Part shown: positions 29,523 through 32,000 of the stretch, one piece after another
Position numbering within the stretch: position 1 is the first letter of the stretch
Layout: every line of letters starts with the position of its first letter
Source: Candidatus Woesearchaeota archaeon
GTDB taxonomy: Archaea; Nanobdellota; Nanobdellia; Woesearchaeales; JAWAQC01
Assembly: GCA_046704905.1 (NCBI GenBank)
Contig: JBJKRA010000018.1
Span: 1-32,000 of the forward strand
Direction of reading: 5' to 3'
DNA length: 32,000 bases
Made by a program: the position numbers and the translations under genes
Notes under the pieces: model-generated
Told to the model about the DNA's origin: nothing
The model's database searches: none
Seen by the model: the letters and a program-made list of their open reading frames with translations, nothing else

Positions 29523-30452
29523 ATGAGAAAGACCTTTGTCTTACTGCTCGTGCTCTCGCTCGCGTTCATCGCAGGCTGCAGCAACAACACAAAGCAGCCG
29601 AGCACCACGCCCTACGTGGGCGGGACCACAGGCCTGCAGCTGAGCTTCGCGTCTGGCGCCCCGCCAGCGAGCATCTACGATGGCGGCGGCTTCCCGTTCG
29701 ACATCGACGTCAAGCTGCAGAACATGGGCGAGTTCACGATACCCAAGGACAACGTGACCCTCCGCCTCAAGGGCATCTACGCAGAGGACTACGGCAAGAC
29801 CGCGGCCGACCTGATAAAGCAGCCGAACGACGATCTCGTCGGCGTCAGGAAGGACGTGACCGGCAGGGTCTTCAACGGTATCCAGACGGATGTGGACTTC
29901 GGCGAGTTCAACTACCAGGGGAACATCTCCGGTGCCATGAGCAGCGTCGTGATCCTCGCGCAGGCGTGCTATTGGTACCAGACCACCGCCACGGCGGATA
30001 TCTGCGTCAGGACGAAGCTCAACGACCCGACCAGCGGCGTCTGCACCGTAGACGAGACCAAGCCCGTCTACAACTCCGGCGCGCCGATCCACGTGCAGAA
30101 CTTCCAGGAGACCGCCGTGTCGCAGAGCAAACTGCAGTTCACGTTCGACATCACGCACCTGGGCAACGGCAAATTCTTCATGCCCGGGGACCAGACGTGC
30201 AACGAGACGTACCAGGACCAGAACAAGGTCCGTGTGCTCGTCGACACCGGCTTCAGCGACGTAACCTGCACGGGTCTCAACGGCAACTCAGGGATCGTGA
30301 ACGTGCCTGAGGGGACCACGACCATGCGCTGCATCGTCACGGTGCCTGCGGACAAGGTCGGCGACTACCAGAAGGCGGTCACCATCAAGCTGGACTACGA
30401 CTACGAGGACAGCGTGGACACGACGATCAACCTCAAGCATGCCGGCCAGTAG
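29523..30452 (+). CDS. Lipobox lipoprotein E (paralog family, 6 conserved Cys)
   Basis: MRKTFVLLLVLSLAFIAGC carries lipobox FIAGC, and the SD AGGAAGGTGAT lies upstream. Motifs include ACYWYQTTATADICV, GVCTV, SGAPIHVQNF, FTFDITHLGNG and KLDYDY. There are 4 N-x-S/T sequons. Confidence 0.85.
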   Translation: MRKTFVLLLVLSLAFIAGCSNNTKQPSTTPYVGGTTGLQLSFASGAPPASIYDGGGFPFDIDVKLQNMGEFTIPKDNVTLRLKGIYAEDYGKTAADLIKQPNDDLVGVRKDVTGRVFNGIQTDVDFGEFNYQGNISGAMSSVVILAQACYWYQTTATADICVRTKLNDPTSGVCTVDETKPVYNSGAPIHVQNFQETAVSQSKLQFTFDITHLGNGKFFMPGDQTCNETYQDQNKVRVLVDTGFSDVTCTGLNGNSGIVNVPEGTTTMRCIVTVPADKVGDYQKAVTIKLDYDYEDSVDTTINLKHAGQ

Positions 30453-30470
30453 AGACCGAAACCTTTTCCT

Positions 30471-30986
30471 TCACTTTTTCTTCCTTATCTCCCTGAGAAG
30501 TGAACTTATGGTCTTTCCAGCGACCTTGCCCTTGAACCGTTCCATGGCCCTGCCCATGAGCGCGCCGATCGGGGCGTCTGGATCCTCTGACACGATGGCC
30601 TCAAGCGCCTTCCTTATCTCCTTCCCGTCGATCGGGCGATGGGCGGAGAGGTCGGCAGAGCCTGTCCTCCCCTGCTCCACAAGGATGTCCCGCGCAGCCT
30701 CCTCGAGGACCTCTCCCCTGTCGATCGCAGGGAGCAGCGTGGCCTCGATGTAAGCCGTGTCTACCTCGACGCCCTCCTTCCTGCGGATGTCCTTCGGGAG
30801 GACGAAGAGGGCCGTCGCGAGGAAAGAGAGGTGGATGTTCGGGAAGCGCCTGACGAGCCCGTCCAGATCGTAGGAAGAGCGCGCGAAAAAGGTCGCGTAC
30901 TCCTCGTTGATGCCGTACTGCTTCCGGTAACGAGCGATCCTCTCGTCGATGCGCTCGGGGACGGTGATGTGGGATAGGTCGGGCAC
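30471..30986 (-). CDS. gatE: GatE C-terminal portion (helical plus YqeY-like tail domains), separated from the upstream gatE ORF only by one in-frame TAA
   Basis: The tail IGALMGRAMERFKGKVAGKTISSLLRE matches the GatB/YqeY tail pattern. It is in the same frame as 31011..32000. The only candidate restart is GTG at 30984-30986. Confidence 0.7.
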   Translation of the reverse strand: MPDLSHITVPERIDERIARYRKQYGINEEYATFFARSSYDLDGLVRRFPNIHLSFLATALFVLPKDIRRKEGVEVDTAYIEATLLPAIDRGEVLEEAARDILVEQGRTGSADLSAHRPIDGKEIRKALEAIVSEDPDAPIGALMGRAMERFKGKVAGKTISSLLREIRKKK

Positions 30987-31010
30987 TATCGGCGGGATTT
31001 CGGTCTCGGG

Positions 31011-32000
31011 TTACATGCGAGCGGCACCAGGCATGGGACGAAGGTAGCTCGAAGAGCCGTCTGGGTTCGCGTTCCTGACCTCCTTCTCGAGCGACGTACG
31101 GGCGGCATGGGCGATGACCTCCCGGAGCGCATCCTCCGCACGCATCCTCTCGTCTGCGATGAGCACGAAGGCATCGTCATTTCCCGCCTTGAGCATCCTC
31201 TCTACGGCGGCGACCTCGTCTGCCGTTATGCCGTAGGCGGGAAGCTCGTCGGTATGGAACATGCCATGGACACCTCTCGTCTTCGCATGATCGGAGAGCT
31301 CCGAGCCGTAGCGCCTGCCCTCCTGCACGGCCTTGCCGAGGAGGCCGCGGTAGCCGGGGAGCCTGATCGCGAGGACCCTGCCGTCGGCCTTTCCCAGGGC
31401 GGCTGCGACGACCTTTGAGGACGTGCTCCTGAACGCCGACGAGACGTCGATTATCGCATGATCGGGGGAGAGCTTCCTCTCCATGATCGTACGGTGTATG
31501 CCGAGCAGATTCTGCTGGCGCAGGATCTCGTTGTCGACGATGGAGGGGATCATGCGCAGATCCTGCACACCCTTGATCTCGACGCGCACGCCCCCCTTTA
31601 TCGAGACGTTGAGATCCTGGCGGATCGTGCCGAGGCCACGCTTGACCTTCCCGGTGCTGCGCAGCACCATGCCGATGCGCTCGGCGACCTCCTTCGCCCC
31701 GGATGCTGTCACGATGTCGGGACCGGTCGCGATCTCGATGAGCGGTATGCCGAGACGCGAGAGGTTGTAGGTATTCTGCGTGCTCTCCCTCTCGACGATC
31801 TTGGCGGAGTCCTCCTCTATGCAGACGGTCTGGATGCTGACGCCGTCAAGACTGCCGCCGGTCGCGACGAGCGCGGTCCGCTGGAAGCCTGACGTGTTCG
31901 AGCCGTCTATGACGGTCTTACGCATCACCTGCACCTGGTCGACCACCGTCGCCCCAAGCATCCTGGCCACCTGCAGGACGACTGCGAGCGCGTCCGTGTC
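31011..32000 (-). CDS. gatE: Glu-tRNA(Gln) amidotransferase subunit E, core portion (5'-partial: the N-terminus lies beyond the right edge); ends at an in-frame TAA at 31011-31013
   Basis: MRKTVIDGSNTSGFQRT, GIPLIEIATGPDI, GLGTIRQDLNVSI, HTDELPAYGIT and YLRPMPGAARM are present. The reading frame stays open to position 32000. Confidence 0.85.
   Translation of the reverse strand, partial: DTDALAVVLQVARMLGATVVDQVQVMRKTVIDGSNTSGFQRTALVATGGSLDGVSIQTVCIEEDSAKIVERESTQNTYNLSRLGIPLIEIATGPDIVTASGAKEVAERIGMVLRSTGKVKRGLGTIRQDLNVSIKGGVRVEIKGVQDLRMIPSIVDNEILRQQNLLGIHRTIMERKLSPDHAIIDVSSAFRSTSSKVVAAALGKADGRVLAIRLPGYRGLLGKAVQEGRRYGSELSDHAKTRGVHGMFHTDELPAYGITADEVAAVERMLKAGNDDAFVLIADERMRAEDALREVIAHAARTSLEKEVRNANPDGSSSYLRPMPGAARM

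Noticed and set aside
31011-31013. The idea that TAA is reassigned as a sense codon genome-wide, which would explain the gatE interruption.
   Set aside because: TAA terminates nadM (3955-3957) and lipoprotein C (28473-28475) at positions consistent with full-length family members. TAG and TGA are also used as stops. A local explanation (sequencing error, nonsense mutation, split gene or readthrough) is more likely.
1-32000. I searched for CRISPR arrays, IS elements or transposases, integrases, prophage genes, rRNA, toxin-antitoxin pairs and long DNA-level direct or inverted repeats.
   Set aside because: By eye I found no regularly spaced repeats, no recombinase or transposase motifs and no rRNA-like segments. 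The paralogous genes (C/D/E) are too diverged to form DNA-level repeats. A computational repeat scan (for example self-dotplot, minced, ISEScan) would be needed for a definitive negative.

Overview
GC-rich (about 60% by eye, not computed), tightly packed chromosomal segment that I read as archaeal. The markers are ribosomal protein S8e, an AglB/STT3 oligosaccharyltransferase (WWDFG motif), GatE, CDP-archaeol synthase, archaeal-type NMN adenylyltransferase, an RNase P RNA, and TATA-like boxes 20-30 nt upstream of many ATGs. I call about 33 protein genes, one tRNA-His and one RNase P RNA. I saw no rRNA, CRISPR array, transposase, integrase or prophage signature. Positions 1-23.6 kb are mostly housekeeping: nadM, class II fba, truD, leuS, rps8e, carS, rnz, an aglB-GT2-NIF3 operon, a GT4, an EndoIII-like glycosylase and a methyltransferase. 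They are interspersed with hypothetical genes. Many long ORFs in the supplied track are antisense or out-of-frame artefacts of the high GC content. Several true starts lie internal to the track ORFs, supported by ATGA stop/start overlaps, GGTGAT-type Shine-Dalgarno sites or TATA spacing. The main hunt result is a same-strand five-gene cluster at 24930-30452. It encodes membrane-anchored or secreted, cysteine-containing, mutually paralogous proteins with no family I can recognise. One carries three internal repeats behind a possibly prepilin-like N-terminus, one is a bitopic protein with a Pro-rich cytoplasmic tail, and three are textbook lipobox lipoproteins with six positionally conserved cysteines. 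The same window holds a clear bacterial-type lipoprotein signal peptidase (LspA) homolog, which is unexpected in an archaeon. Other notable items: gatE is interrupted by one in-frame TAA where I recall a conserved Tyr; a roughly 90-aa dph2 N-terminal remnant; a translationally coupled DHH/DHHA1 phosphoesterase plus a protein with a possible PD-(D/E)xK motif and a coiled-coil tail; a bacterial-type LeuRS and class II aldolase; and a partial Cys-rich membrane protein with a coupled 31-aa micro-ORF at the left edge. The combination of split or decayed genes and bacterial-type genes suggests a reduced-genome (DPANN-like) archaeon, but that is inference only.
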